This document shows positions 26,601 to 36,793 of a stretch of 64,000 nucleotides of DNA, piece after piece. A program made the position numbers and the translations under genes. Under the pieces are notes generated by a model. The model was not told where the DNA came from, searched no databases, and saw only the letters and a list, made by a program, of their open reading frames with translations. The stretch is taken from IMG/VR virus record IMGVR_UViG_3300032038_000059, positions 9,297 through 73,296 of that record. One strand, 5' to 3'. The DNA is from a virus. Taxonomy: Duplodnaviria > Caudoviricetes. How positions within the stretch are numbered: position 1 is the first letter of the stretch; every line of letters starts with the position of its first letter.

Positions 26601-29466
26601 ATGTTTCGCCTTGTTCAAGTCCGTTAAGTGTAGCGGAGGAAATGGTAGCTGAACCAAAGCGGATAAATGTTCGGCTTGCAGATGTGTTTGTCTGCCTGAT
26701 TCCATGAGCCGCAACAGTCTTCGTTCCTGTATTAAACGCAGTAACGGAAGATTGTTCAATAAGCATCGGATAATTATCAACATTAGATACATCAGGATTA
26801 AGCGTATTCTTGATTAAATTTCTTCCACCAATCTGAAGATCTTCGATTGCTGTATCATCAGTATACTTGTTCCGCTTTTGCCAGTCTTCCCCAACAAAAT
26901 CCCCCTCTGCTCTCGTGTTAATGCAAGTCATAATGTCAGATGTCGAACCATCAAACCACAAGTCTCCGACCGCATACGGTGTAGTAGGCTGTTCTATAAA
27001 TATCTGAGCCTTACCATCAATTTCATCAAAAACAGCTTTAGGAGGATTTGCATTCAATTCATCCCATGATGTTCCGTTCCATCTATAGTACGATTGAACT
27101 CCTTCTGCGGAATTATACCAGAGGTCACCAATATGTTCAGAACGCTTGCTAGGTGTATCCCAATCCGTTGCAGGATCATTTTCCTGTGACCATGTTTCAG
27201 CCTTGCCATCGATTTGACCCTGAATATTTTGAAGTGTTGTGGCGTAGCTTCCTTCAATAAAAGTATTTAACGCTGTATCATCCGTATACTTTGAGGCTTT
27301 GTTCCAATCAGTCGCAACATAATTGCCACTATCCCTATGCACAGCACACTTCAGGATATCTCCAGTTTCACCTTGTACCCACAAATCGCCAATATCATAC
27401 GGAGGAGTCGGTTGTGCAACAAAGATCCTTTTCTTTGAATCTGCCGTAGTCTGCGCAGCTTCTGCCTTGGCGATAGCTGTTGTAATGCCAGTGTCCTCAA
27501 TCAGTTGCCATCCCCATGTGCCATTATTATCCATAAAGCGATAGGCATGACCTGTAGATTTCCAATAGAAAACGTCACCTTCGTGCGCTTTCTTATCAGC
27601 TTCCGTAGTCCAATCAGATGCAGGAGCGTTCTGCATAGTAGGCTCATAATCGTAATACCAAGACTCAATCTTATCATCTAGTTGGTCTTGAATATTTCCG
27701 ATGATGGAATTTACTTCATCTTTATATCCTGCTATAGTTTGATCCGTATAAGTCTTAGAATCATTAAGTGCTTGAGTGGCACGATCTGTTGCAATCGAAT
27801 TAATCGTATCCCCAGATGTAAGACTAAATTCAGATGCGACAATCCTGACAAAACCAGTAGCTGTATCTGCCGAAAACGTTACATTCCCCTGATTATCCCT
27901 GATAACTAATTGACCAGTATCAATCCAATCCGCATTAATCCCAGTCGCAGTGAGAATTCTGGTGATCATGTCACCATCTACTGTTAATCCATACCAGTTT
28001 TCTCCACCGTCAGGCGTAACCATAACTCCGACATCTGAAATCTTAATCTGGACATCAGAATCTGCAAGTAATCTTTTATTATGAAGGTAAGTAACCGTTC
28101 CAGTTTGATCGGTCACTCGTGTTTCATATAAACCGCTTGCATTATTTACTCTATCTGTAAGGTCATTCTCGACACGTTCTCTTATTGTCCGTTCGTTTGT
28201 TAACCGCTTGCGGAGTTCCACGTAATTCTTAGTTTCCGCAGAGAATCTCGCAGAACTATTTCTTACTGGAGTCTGAGCAGATGATACTGTCTGTTGCGCT
28301 CCACTCGTAGAGAATGTTGTCTTCGAAACAAGAATCGGATAAATATTATTTTTACGGTCAAGAACAAGTGCAACATCACCTGCTTCGATACAAGGATCAG
28401 AGCCATGCGTAATGGATGCCTTTCGGAATTTAGTGCCGATAAGTTGCAAGCCAAGATATCCAACAACTTCATTTGCAGTATCAAGAGTAATAAATGGATT
28501 ATTCTCTACCTCGATAACATAACCAGTAGTTCCGCTCATATACTCATGAATAACATCAGTACTTGAAGCTTCATCTGTCTCATCTTTCACGAGAACCCTT
28601 ACGCCAGTAATAACTACATCATCAATAGAAACACTTCTATTATATAAAGAAGTGATATGATGAACCGTTACTATATCAGCGAATGTTCCTGCGTCATAAT
28701 CGTATCCAGTAGTCCACGGATTGAATGTTCCACCATCGGCAGTTGCCCCGGAAGCATAGGGAATAGCTTGGTCAAATATGCCACCATCAAGAATTGTTTC
28801 CGTATCTTCTTGCAGAGATAATGTAGGATACCATTTAATTTCCAATTGTCCATACGGATTACATCTAGCGAAACATCCTGAGATCTGAGTTGCCCACGCC
28901 AATACTTCACGATAAGTTGTTGATTCATCCTCCGGGCGAGTTGCAACAATATAATCATCATTTGGAAATGTCAGCGTATTAAGCTGAATGCCACACTCCG
29001 TACAAACATCTCGCACGATAGAATTGAGAGTAGCCGGGAATGTTAACTTACTATCATACGCTTTGTCGAATGCAATCATATTGTCAAGACATTCAAGTGA
29101 AATCAAATCTCCGTTGAATGTCGCATTATTAACAGTATATGTACCACGCCTTACGATTTCGGGTTCTCCGTCTAATGCAAGACCGATGCGCAAAACAACT
29201 TTTGCATTTGTGAAATCATAAGTATCGTAATCTCCGTAAATATTGTTGATAACAAGGTTGCATTTATTTACGATAGTAGACCCGATCTGCAAATCATTTT
29301 CGGCAGAAACGGCATCTTCGTAAGAAAATCCACCTTGCCAAAAATCTTTATTCTCCAGATTTAGAGTTACGCCATTTTCAAGAGCAATATCTGCGTATTC
29401 CAGATACTGTCTTTTATCATTTGATATGGCTAAGTGCCATGCGTTTGAAACATTTATCATCTGCAC
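23605..29466 (-). CDS. Large tail tip / host-specificity protein (1953 aa) with repeated modules
   Basis: N-terminal Tal-like region after the distal tail gene; three [WY...P...W...H.GD.WY / IF..QP.PPY..GDLW...DW....KYTDD] modules; CBM-like GGRNLIKNT...IKLEKG.KATDWSPA domain. Confidence 0.85.
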   Translation of the reverse strand: MQMINVSNAWHLAISNDKRQYLEYADIALENGVTLNLENKDFWQGGFSYEDAVSAENDLQIGSTIVNKCNLVINNIYGDYDTYDFTNAKVVLRIGLALDGEPEIVRRGTYTVNNATFNGDLISLECLDNMIAFDKAYDSKLTFPATLNSIVRDVCTECGIQLNTLTFPNDDYIVATRPEDESTTYREVLAWATQISGCFARCNPYGQLEIKWYPTLSLQEDTETILDGGIFDQAIPYASGATADGGTFNPWTTGYDYDAGTFADIVTVHHITSLYNRSVSIDDVVITGVRVLVKDETDEASSTDVIHEYMSGTTGYVIEVENNPFITLDTANEVVGYLGLQLIGTKFRKASITHGSDPCIEAGDVALVLDRKNNIYPILVSKTTFSTSGAQQTVSSAQTPVRNSSARFSAETKNYVELRKRLTNERTIRERVENDLTDRVNNASGLYETRVTDQTGTVTYLHNKRLLADSDVQIKISDVGVMVTPDGGENWYGLTVDGDMITRILTATGINADWIDTGQLVIRDNQGNVTFSADTATGFVRIVASEFSLTSGDTINSIATDRATQALNDSKTYTDQTIAGYKDEVNSIIGNIQDQLDDKIESWYYDYEPTMQNAPASDWTTEADKKAHEGDVFYWKSTGHAYRFMDNNGTWGWQLIEDTGITTAIAKAEAAQTTADSKKRIFVAQPTPPYDIGDLWVQGETGDILKCAVHRDSGNYVATDWNKASKYTDDTALNTFIEGSYATTLQNIQGQIDGKAETWSQENDPATDWDTPSKRSEHIGDLWYNSAEGVQSYYRWNGTSWDELNANPPKAVFDEIDGKAQIFIEQPTTPYAVGDLWFDGSTSDIMTCINTRAEGDFVGEDWQKRNKYTDDTAIEDLQIGGRNLIKNTLNPDVSNVDNYPMLIEQSSVTAFNTGTKTVAAHGIRQTNTSASRTFIRFGSATISSATLNGLEQGETYTLSFDASWRVLSSDTGKADTKMYPMKAMLYTNKASASTFAIDQQESFADVTQADKGTEMSGRCEFTFTVDMAVTKLYLLIANERTTSSNYAIGDFIELRNIKLEKGGKATDWSPAIEDQSNETEQLLNYFVDGEFKNTITDIQGQLDAKAETWYQSTDPSTAWNTSDLKKEHEGDLWYCTAINNPTYLQNQTYRWNGSTWVKQDAPKEVFDRIDGKAQVFTGNTVPKPPYYVGDLWFNATQDNTGDIKTCVTQRLSGNGLDSDWKVRNKYTDDAKIDNWLDGTPSEIPKFSSFLDVLPNTINATVKSSGIYAEKASIIATINNSGESEVTIDSNKVNLTAYSKISDVQSMISQKSDEITITFIQKANEKNSSYHGKGVPTTSNYPALSWATNEEKQNHDGDMYIDSDTNNTYQYNAIANTGLLLTFSSDSRTESLVNDYVVIYYKLGNYYYASERFGGSTIANKTFFVPSHEFYVYFHTDSSASNYYGFRFSSITRASDQRVYGTVDFLPNYTPIEVRGNTYPQSAHNPYGSNLDQLWKYTYSSSFTVTINGSWTLVKDPDITTLNQSVSGLSTTVSDLSTQVTHKIDADKVITQINLEQYKASIKAEQINFTGFAKFVEHDDLSKTGKTTSIYGGYIQTNTLSASTIRGGTLKLGGTDGTDKTKTYGNGQLYVYDSNDVQKIKIDNTGAHFGRITSGTNVNKYLTEIDVSGNLTTKSLMAIDYIKLTGNSSSYLTFPLKVTNGNTKISGTVGFGTQANTDLGLKLNWTSDAGSNGYETFNAVFSPFFGQHRETYYNRRSGNTTTIDYNEVIKIQQGYSTTYLGEGTLTGLVFQYSGGSNFYFTRNEIYANALRTVQPKNRVVKTKDYATRLLYCYETPTPCFGDIGEGVISEDGLCYVSIEAIFSETIVTDSYYVFLQKHNSGDCFVKERKPYYFIVSGTPGLRFSWELKAKQIGYDQLNLERYDQSMPNIDSGIDYSALAIQHIQDIQSEREVSS

Positions 29467-29733
29467 TTACCTCTCAATCAAATCAAAATTAAGCGATTCT
29501 ATAACGTGCTTTCCATCCCACCAATACTTAAATGGAGCAGAGCGGTCACCTACATAAAATGTTTTTGTGACATATCCACCATCAAGCAAGTCATAATAAT
29601 AAACACTGATATATTCCGGGTTTATCGCACGAAGTACAGTTGTCATTACATCAGGAGTTCTTGCTGAGTATCCAACCTGAATTTTTCGCTTCTGTGCTAC
29701 CCGGTTCTTATGCATTAGGGCATCGTCTGTTCT
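29467..29733 (-). CDS. Distal tail-like protein, exon 2
   Basis: RTDDALMHKNRVAQKRKI...YYYDLLDG...KTFYVGDRSAP; continues exon 1 in frame after intron removal. Confidence 0.8.
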   Translation of the reverse strand, partial: RTDDALMHKNRVAQKRKIQVGYSARTPDVMTTVLRAINPEYISVYYYDLLDGGYVTKTFYVGDRSAPFKYWWDGKHVIESLNFDLIER

Positions 29734-30019
29734 CGTTTGTTTTAACACATGGCTTTTTATCCATGTCTCTGTGGCATTACACCGCAGACTGGCGTACCTT
29801 TTCACCTACATCCATCTGGTGACGCGGACTCTTGGAAGGATTATATCTTTTCACCTTCTACGCTCTGCCCCTGAGTGTACTTTGTACACCCTTCGGTTCG
29901 GATGACGGTTGCAAACCGCTTCTCCGCTTAATTCCGCATTAATAATCCATGATCTACTTGATGGATTCATCATGGACGGCAATTCATCCGCTTCGCATTT
30001 AATTCGCGGATAAATGTTT
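29734..30019 (-). ncRNA. Group I-like self-splicing intron (286 nt, no ORF)
   Basis: Exon ends in U (GGT|), intron ends in G; core-like elements AATTAAGCGGAGAAGC, ATCCGAACCGAAG, CAGAGCGTAGA, AAGATATAATCC; removal restores ...GESG-RTDD... Confidence 0.8.
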
Positions 30020-30115
30020 ACCACTTTCCCCTAATGACACATCTTGGAGTCCCCATTGCCATGTAGTCGGGCAAGGCATAGCCACGCCATCGACTTTCCA
30101 AAATACCTCTGCCAT
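30020..30115 (-). CDS. Distal tail-like protein, exon 1 (32 codons; missed by the ORF track)
   Basis: RBS GGAGGG then MAEVFWKVDGVAMPCPTTWQWGLQDVSLGESG. Confidence 0.8.
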
Positions 30116-30129
30116 CTATACCCCTCCCA

Positions 30130-30172
30130 ATTAAAAAAGAAGTGCCACCAGATTATCTCCAGTAGCACTTCC
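30130..30172 (-). terminator. Putative terminator after the tape measure gene
   Basis: GAAGTGC...GCACTTC stem followed by a poly-U run on the minus strand. Confidence 0.5.
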
Positions 30173-30179
30173 TACTTAT

Positions 30180-33100
30180 TTAATAGCTATATTTTGGTGT
30201 AGCATTGTTTCTGTAATCAATCTGTTCTATACCGCGCATAACTGCTCTAGCTAGAGTCTCATTGTCTTCCGTCTTCAATTCTGCATACAGGTTTATAGAT
30301 GGCATATTCCCTTGGTTCGCCATCATTGCTTGAACCACGGCAGACGTAATATCGGACTGACTTACTCCCATGCCGTTTGAATTCTTCGTGATAGCATCAG
30401 CGATCATGCTCATCGTCTTCTTATTTTCAAGCGGAAGAACAGCTTCATCACCTGCTTCACCAACACCAATTAATGACGGATCTGAGAAAAGACCACCTTT
30501 CCTATACCATCCAACGCTATATCGGGGAACCCAAATCCAGTTATCGGCATCAATATATGATTTATCATATTTTGAAACGCCAATCCAAGGAGTTTTAATG
30601 TAAATATTTTCGATGCCACTCTTCAAAGCATTTCCAAGACTACGTCCTGCATCCTCAAAGTCCCATCTCTTTTCTTTGATCGCCCCAAGAAGACCTGCAA
30701 GCTTTCCAGATAATGTTTCTCTAAGAGATGCATCCTTAATGGCGTTTTTAATTGGGTTAACAATTCCTTCATTAGCGAACTGTTTTGATGTTCTAGACAT
30801 CTCACTCTTCTTATTAGACAAGGTTGTCTTAAAAGTATTAACAAGAGATGTGGCGAGTTCCTTGGCAGCTTTGTCAGTCTGTGTTTTTCCAGTCTGCAAT
30901 GCAGTCTTGATTCCGTCAATAACTGGCTGAGTAGCTTGTTTGAAACGATCTTTTGTAGCTGCTTCTTTGTAAGCATAATGCATATCATTGGCGAGTTTCT
31001 TGACGGCTTCTTTGATACTGGAAGCACTATTTGTCAGCGCAAGCTTAATTCCTTCTGGGATAGCTTCCGTAAGTCTCTGGAATAATTTCGAAGGAGAACC
31101 GCTTTCAATTCCGTCTTTATAGCCCTTTTCAAGATGTGCCTTAAATCCAAAGGTGGCATCGTGAAGTGCTTTCAAATTGGTTGCATTAGTAAGCGTTTCC
31201 GTGCTTCCGTCAACAATATTCTGTGCTTGATCGCTACTAGCTTTTTTAACTTCTTCCCCGGTTTTATTAATAGCGTCTATTTGATTATCTTTCCAACCAC
31301 CAACAACTTCATCGATCTTCTCCTTGCTGTCATACATTCTACTGACAAGACCTTGACCGATCTTTGTAACCGCTGTTTTAATAAGATCGATAATCCCCGG
31401 AGTTTTATTTGATGACTCGTTGTATGCATCAGAACTCTCAGTGGCTGACTTAGCAGAATCATCGAGTTCGGTCATGCTAGTCTTTGCATTTACTGTTTTA
31501 TCAAAGAGTTCACTCATCTTCGATTTAACGCCAGAAACACTTTCACCAACTTTATCAAGCGGAGAATTATTGAGATTCACCAGTTCATTTTTTGCCCCAG
31601 AAGCGCCTGAAATCAATTCATTAAACAATCCGGGCTGACCCAATCTTTCATCAATCGCCTTGCCGAGCGCATCAACTTCCTCTTTGCTTAAATGGAATTC
31701 TTCTATTACATCCTGTAATGCTTCCCCGATGTTACCATCCGATGCAAGTTCTGCAAATCTTTGCTGAATATTGCCTAAATTCTGATTTAAGGCAAACCCA
31801 GAATTACTTGCATCGCCAAATGACTTTTTAATACTCGAAACGGCTTTACTAGCGTCAATTCCGTAATTCTCAAATATCTCTTTTGAATTATCAACGTTAT
31901 CAGTAAGCCCTTTAATCGCAGTTTCAAGAAACTTTGTTTGTTCCTCAGTCAGTCCCATTGTTGAACTAAGTTCTTTAATGTATCGTTCTGCCTGAGATGC
32001 ACTTACTCCTGCATCAGAAAGAGTATCGACAACAGATTTATAGAACGAATCGTCATCAATTTCTCCGTTTTCCCATGACTCTTTTAACAAGAATAATTTT
32101 TGCTTTGTATCGTCCGCTATTGCTCCGACAGATTGAAGTTTGCTTAAGAAGGAATCAAAACCACCACCCTCTTCTGTAAGTTGTCCGTTTCCACCACGAA
32201 TAGCTTCATTCAATTCCTGAATCTTCTTTGTGGCTAATATTGCAAGTGCGATAACACTTCCTTCTACGCCAACACCACCAAGAGCGGTTTTTATTCCAGT
32301 GAAAAATTCATCAAAGAATCCGCTTTCTCCAATAGTTGTTGCTATATTGCCAATGGAAGTTTTAAGCCCGGAGAAAAGCCCTTTAATTTTTAATGTGACA
32401 GTAGCAGCTTTTGTTGCAACTCCACCAAGAGCGGTTTTTATTCCAGTAAAAATTCCACCTGCTGCATTTTTAACGGTTTCAGATACCCCAACTTTTGTAA
32501 ATATTCCTGCGATCTTATCAATCAGGGCTTTTTTAAGACCTGCGAACGTAAGAGCACCAACTGCTTTTGCAAGCTTACCTGCCAAAATCAGACCAACAAT
32601 CAAGCTAAGTGAACCCCAATCTAATTTCGCAAAAAAGGATGTGAAATTGGCGATTATCTCATCTTTATGCTTAATCAAAGCAGCTACCGCAGAAGTAATT
32701 AAATCCTTGAGCGCATTAGTTATAGCATTGATTGCTCCTGCTGCTTTTTCGGCAAGTTCGGCGTCAGTAAGAAGGCTTGAAATTCCTTCCCCGATTTTCG
32801 TCCCTAAATTACCCCACGTTTCACCATCGCCAAAGAACTCCATTATATCTTCAGCGATCTTTTTGGCTAAACCCTTAAACGTATCAGCGGCATCCTTGAA
32901 ATCGATGCCGTCCACAATCTTAACAAGCGCATCATGGAGAATTTCGCCAATACCTGTACCAGTTCCATCCTTACCATTACCAAGTGCTTCTACGGCATTT
33001 TTAAGGATCTTCCATCCCTTATTCCAAAGCATTTTCAATGTAACGCCGATATTTTCACCGCTTACAGTATTAATTGCTTTTCTCAAGGCAGTACCGATTT

Positions 33101-36100
33101 TAGTTCCTACATCTTCAGCAGGAAGACCTTCGATTGCACCTTTTAAGAACTCCCAAGCATCATTGAATATGTTTCCAAGTAGAGTACCTACTTCATCCGC
33201 ATCAACGTGATAGATAATGCTATATACGCCGATTGCAAGCCTAATACCGAGCCGTTCGAAGTTTACTCCTTCGTTCGGATCAAAGATCTTATTGAATCCA
33301 GTAACGATGCCTTGGATCAGTTCTCCCATTGCACTTCCAATTTCAGCGGTTGGGAGTTTGTCGATAAAATCATTAACCTTATCAGCAATTAGCTGACCGT
33401 TTTCTGCCCACGGGAAGTTCTGAGCGAATGTCCTTACTGTATCAGATATTCCCTTCAGACCACCAGTAACAGTATTGATCATTGCATCGTAATCGACCTG
33501 TTTGACGAAATTATCAGCACCCTCAGATAATCCAAGTCCGAGTTCAGTCCAGTTGAAGTCATCAACAAAACCTGATGCAATTTCCCAGAATACATTCAGT
33601 TTGTTCGCAAAAAACTGTCCAAGCTGATCCCACTCAACATCATGAACAAGACCGTTCGCCCATTCAGCAAGCTTTTTTCCTAAGTTTTCCCAGTCTATCT
33701 TTGTGAGGATTCTGTTTGCTTCTTCGAGTAGGAAGTTTAATCCTCTCGCCATAGCAGATCCAAGCTGACCGAAATGAATATTATCAACCAGAGAATTAAA
33801 CGTTTCAATGAATCCATCTACCCAAGGATCTATCTTCTTGTGCAGCTTATTTGGGTCAAGGAGATCATATAACTTCTGGATTCCTTCATTGATCCCATCA
33901 GCAAGTGCTTCGCCAAGACCTTTCCAGTCTTTATCAAGGAATGCTTTCTTAATTCGCTCTGCCCATTCATTAATAGCATCAGGAAGTCCATTGCCTTTAA
34001 AGGCTTCCGACATTTGATCCAAAAGTCCAGTACCAACATCGCCAAGACTAGAATCGCCAATGCCACCACTTGAGCCACTTGGAGATTTTGCTTCGCTCTC
34101 TTCCTTCGGTTTTGCAAGCTGATTTAATTCATCGAACGGAAGGACTGAAAGTTCTTTTTTGAGTTCCTTCGCATTATCCGCAGCATCTCCTAAATTATCT
34201 GATGTAGCACCAGTCGCATTTGCCGTATCCGATGCGAAATCGTCGATATCTTCGTAATCATTAACAGTAATTCCACCGCCAGAGATATTTTTGCCAAAGA
34301 GAACTTCCATGAAATCACGGAAGACCTGTGCCACAGAAAGGACTCTTTTTGCTATAGTATTAAGCCAATGAACCACATGACGTAATGCACTGACGAATCC
34401 TTCACCAAGTGTTTCCGTAATTGCTTCTACGTATGCTTTAAAGGTTCTCAGGCTATTAGCCATCGACATATTAGTGTTCTTAAAGTCATTGGCTTGATTT
34501 GTTGTGGCGTTAAGCAAATACTGGTAGCGAAGCATTGTCTTCTCTGCTTGCGTCATCTGGGCATATGTCTTACCCATACCTTGAGCCAGAGCATATTCAT
34601 TTAAGCTTGCCACAGACAAGTCAATACCAAAATCTCTCAATGGTCTGACCATACCTGCCATACCACTCTTTAGCTTCTGAAATACGGTTGCTGTATCTAC
34701 GTTGTAGAATGATGACAAGTCACCTGCCATGCCGACAAGATCCATCGACATCTGCGCAGCATCTTTGTACCCGATTCCAGATGACTGGAACATAGCAGAA
34801 AGCGTACCTGCATATCGTTTAGCGGAAGTCTGAGCAATACCGTAATTCTCTATCGCATCTTTTGCCCAGTTATTTACCTGATCAGATAAATCCCCGAATG
34901 TCTGCTCAATAATATGATTCGTCTCAGCTACATTTGCACCTGCTTCAGTAGCATCCTTAACCCAGTTAAATACTCCAGTAACTCCACGAATACCCACGAG
35001 CAGACCAAGGATCTCTTTAAGCTTTTCTCCAAAAGACTTAAAAGATGTCCCTGCATTGTTAAGTTCCTTAATCTTTCCGATAAAATTCTTAATTCCATCA
35101 GCACCTTTCGTGCCGAGTTCCTTTGCAACATTTGCAAGGTTCTTAAGAGGCTGAATATAAACAGCTTTGCCAAGCTTTTGAAGAACAGCGAAGAACTTTT
35201 TAAATATTGCTGTTGCGTCATTGATGGCAGTATCAACTGCTTTCGTAATAACTGTTACCGCTTCAGATTGAGATCCATAATTACTCAATCCCTTCGTACT
35301 TTGTACGCTTACCTTACCAAGATTCGACAAAGCTTCGGTCATTCGTACAGTGTTTTCACTTATTTCTGGCATATTTGCCAATGATTCATAGAAAGTTCCA
35401 AGCGTAGCAGATAATGCAGTTAATCTCTGATCCACACCATCCATATCCTCAGTAACTTTCAGTAGCCGATTCAGGGCGTTGACAAAAGTCCCTATTCCTT
35501 TTGCGGATTCTGTAACTCCTTGAAGTTGAGTCATTGCCTGAAGTGATTCTATGAATGGGGTAAATGCACTTAAGTTAAGCTTGCTTAGATCTACCTTGGT
35601 AAGTCTTATTATTGAACTGGCAATATTGCTTACACCAGTTGCTTTCATATCAAGACCGCTAAACCCAGAAAATGCGTTTTTAATTCCTTCAAGATCAGAT
35701 GCGACTTTCTGCATATCTGTCTTAGAAAGTCTAGAAATGGCATTGGCAACATTTGTTACTCCAACACCCTTTAAATCAGCATCTTTCAAACTTGAGAATC
35801 TCTTAAGCCCATCAATAATTCCGTTAAAACTATTTGAATCAAACTTTGTCAGGTCTGTATTGGCAATTTGCGTTATCGATCTTAAAAGTCCAGTTACGCC
35901 AGTCTGACTTAATTTTAATTCCTTTAAACCACTAAAGGCTCTTTCCAATCTTTCTTTCAGACCGTCAAGCTTATCAATGCCATCAGTGTTTACTTTGACA
36001 CTAACCTTTTTTGTAAGCTTGTCTGGATTAATCTCACTTAATTCCTTAAGTTTTGAAACCAGTCCGTCAAGATTGGGAATTTTAATATCATTCAAAGCAG

Positions 36101-36266
36101 CTAGTGATCTCGCAAGACTGCGAACCGCTCCTGCGTTGTTTCCTACTTTAACAAGTGTTTTATTAAGTCCTAAAAGAGAAGTAGCCAATCTCTCGACTGA
36201 CTTCTCTGCGTCCGAAGAATCGGACTCAATTTGTAGTTGTATGCTGTCTATGGATACATCTGCCAT
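30180..36266 (-). CDS. Tape measure protein (2028 aa)
   Basis: Very long helical Ala/Gly/Leu-rich protein after the tail chaperones; GEAGDEAVLPL near the C-terminus. Confidence 0.95.
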   Translation of the reverse strand: MADVSIDSIQLQIESDSSDAEKSVERLATSLLGLNKTLVKVGNNAGAVRSLARSLAALNDIKIPNLDGLVSKLKELSEINPDKLTKKVSVKVNTDGIDKLDGLKERLERAFSGLKELKLSQTGVTGLLRSITQIANTDLTKFDSNSFNGIIDGLKRFSSLKDADLKGVGVTNVANAISRLSKTDMQKVASDLEGIKNAFSGFSGLDMKATGVSNIASSIIRLTKVDLSKLNLSAFTPFIESLQAMTQLQGVTESAKGIGTFVNALNRLLKVTEDMDGVDQRLTALSATLGTFYESLANMPEISENTVRMTEALSNLGKVSVQSTKGLSNYGSQSEAVTVITKAVDTAINDATAIFKKFFAVLQKLGKAVYIQPLKNLANVAKELGTKGADGIKNFIGKIKELNNAGTSFKSFGEKLKEILGLLVGIRGVTGVFNWVKDATEAGANVAETNHIIEQTFGDLSDQVNNWAKDAIENYGIAQTSAKRYAGTLSAMFQSSGIGYKDAAQMSMDLVGMAGDLSSFYNVDTATVFQKLKSGMAGMVRPLRDFGIDLSVASLNEYALAQGMGKTYAQMTQAEKTMLRYQYLLNATTNQANDFKNTNMSMANSLRTFKAYVEAITETLGEGFVSALRHVVHWLNTIAKRVLSVAQVFRDFMEVLFGKNISGGGITVNDYEDIDDFASDTANATGATSDNLGDAADNAKELKKELSVLPFDELNQLAKPKEESEAKSPSGSSGGIGDSSLGDVGTGLLDQMSEAFKGNGLPDAINEWAERIKKAFLDKDWKGLGEALADGINEGIQKLYDLLDPNKLHKKIDPWVDGFIETFNSLVDNIHFGQLGSAMARGLNFLLEEANRILTKIDWENLGKKLAEWANGLVHDVEWDQLGQFFANKLNVFWEIASGFVDDFNWTELGLGLSEGADNFVKQVDYDAMINTVTGGLKGISDTVRTFAQNFPWAENGQLIADKVNDFIDKLPTAEIGSAMGELIQGIVTGFNKIFDPNEGVNFERLGIRLAIGVYSIIYHVDADEVGTLLGNIFNDAWEFLKGAIEGLPAEDVGTKIGTALRKAINTVSGENIGVTLKMLWNKGWKILKNAVEALGNGKDGTGTGIGEILHDALVKIVDGIDFKDAADTFKGLAKKIAEDIMEFFGDGETWGNLGTKIGEGISSLLTDAELAEKAAGAINAITNALKDLITSAVAALIKHKDEIIANFTSFFAKLDWGSLSLIVGLILAGKLAKAVGALTFAGLKKALIDKIAGIFTKVGVSETVKNAAGGIFTGIKTALGGVATKAATVTLKIKGLFSGLKTSIGNIATTIGESGFFDEFFTGIKTALGGVGVEGSVIALAILATKKIQELNEAIRGGNGQLTEEGGGFDSFLSKLQSVGAIADDTKQKLFLLKESWENGEIDDDSFYKSVVDTLSDAGVSASQAERYIKELSSTMGLTEEQTKFLETAIKGLTDNVDNSKEIFENYGIDASKAVSSIKKSFGDASNSGFALNQNLGNIQQRFAELASDGNIGEALQDVIEEFHLSKEEVDALGKAIDERLGQPGLFNELISGASGAKNELVNLNNSPLDKVGESVSGVKSKMSELFDKTVNAKTSMTELDDSAKSATESSDAYNESSNKTPGIIDLIKTAVTKIGQGLVSRMYDSKEKIDEVVGGWKDNQIDAINKTGEEVKKASSDQAQNIVDGSTETLTNATNLKALHDATFGFKAHLEKGYKDGIESGSPSKLFQRLTEAIPEGIKLALTNSASSIKEAVKKLANDMHYAYKEAATKDRFKQATQPVIDGIKTALQTGKTQTDKAAKELATSLVNTFKTTLSNKKSEMSRTSKQFANEGIVNPIKNAIKDASLRETLSGKLAGLLGAIKEKRWDFEDAGRSLGNALKSGIENIYIKTPWIGVSKYDKSYIDADNWIWVPRYSVGWYRKGGLFSDPSLIGVGEAGDEAVLPLENKKTMSMIADAITKNSNGMGVSQSDITSAVVQAMMANQGNMPSINLYAELKTEDNETLARAVMRGIEQIDYRNNATPKYSY

Positions 36267-36319
36267 GTCTGCCCGTATCCTCCTCTCTACGCATAGAAAA
36301 AGTGGGCAATAGGATTAAC

Positions 36320-36793
36320 CTACGCCCACTCCATTTGTTGTTCGAAATTATTTTGCATCTCTGTGAGATTCGAGAAAAATACTTCTGTTAAGTAAGCTTT
36401 TTCCTCATCAGACATGTCTTCTCGTGCCACAATCTCATCCCTGTTTGAATTATCTTCACCACCGAGCGGATGCTTCGGGTATTTACTGCGCTTACTCATG
36501 ACAGATGCTACTGCATTCGCTACATACAACCCATGCAACCATGCAGTGTAATTAATGACTTCAGATTCGCGCTTTAACGCATCCTCTTTTTCTCTGGATT
36601 TCTCCTCCAGAAAAAGATAAATGTCGGACGGTGTAGAATGAAAGAATTCTTTCTTCGACATTCCATATTTAATCACCGCCCGGTAAATATCACCGAGAAT
36701 TAATTCCCGGAAGCTTTTGTCTTCCTCTTGTGGTCTTGCGGAACAACTTTCGGTTTCTTCTCTGACGTTCCGAGTCCCACCAGATCGAAAAAA
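36320..36793 (-). CDS. Tail assembly chaperone extension (gpT-like), reached by -1 frameshift
   Basis: -1 frame relative to 36700-37152; SFRELILGDIY...GMSKKEFFHSTP...AWLHGLYVANAV. Confidence 0.7.
   Translation of the reverse strand, partial: FFRSGGTRNVREETESCSARPQEEDKSFRELILGDIYRAVIKYGMSKKEFFHSTPSDIYLFLEEKSREKEDALKRESEVINYTAWLHGLYVANAVASVMSKRSKYPKHPLGGEDNSNRDEIVAREDMSDEEKAYLTEVFFSNLTEMQNNFEQQMEWA

Noticed and set aside
18679-29466. Diversity-generating retroelement
   Set aside because: No reverse transcriptase and no TR/VR pair differing at adenines was seen in the window
29734-29805. ORF-track start MKRYASLRC for the distal tail gene
   Set aside because: Lies within the inferred intron; the real N-terminus is exon 1 at 30115
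32230-33210. 326-aa plus-strand ORF
   Set aside because: Antisense shadow of the tape measure gene, caused by codon bias
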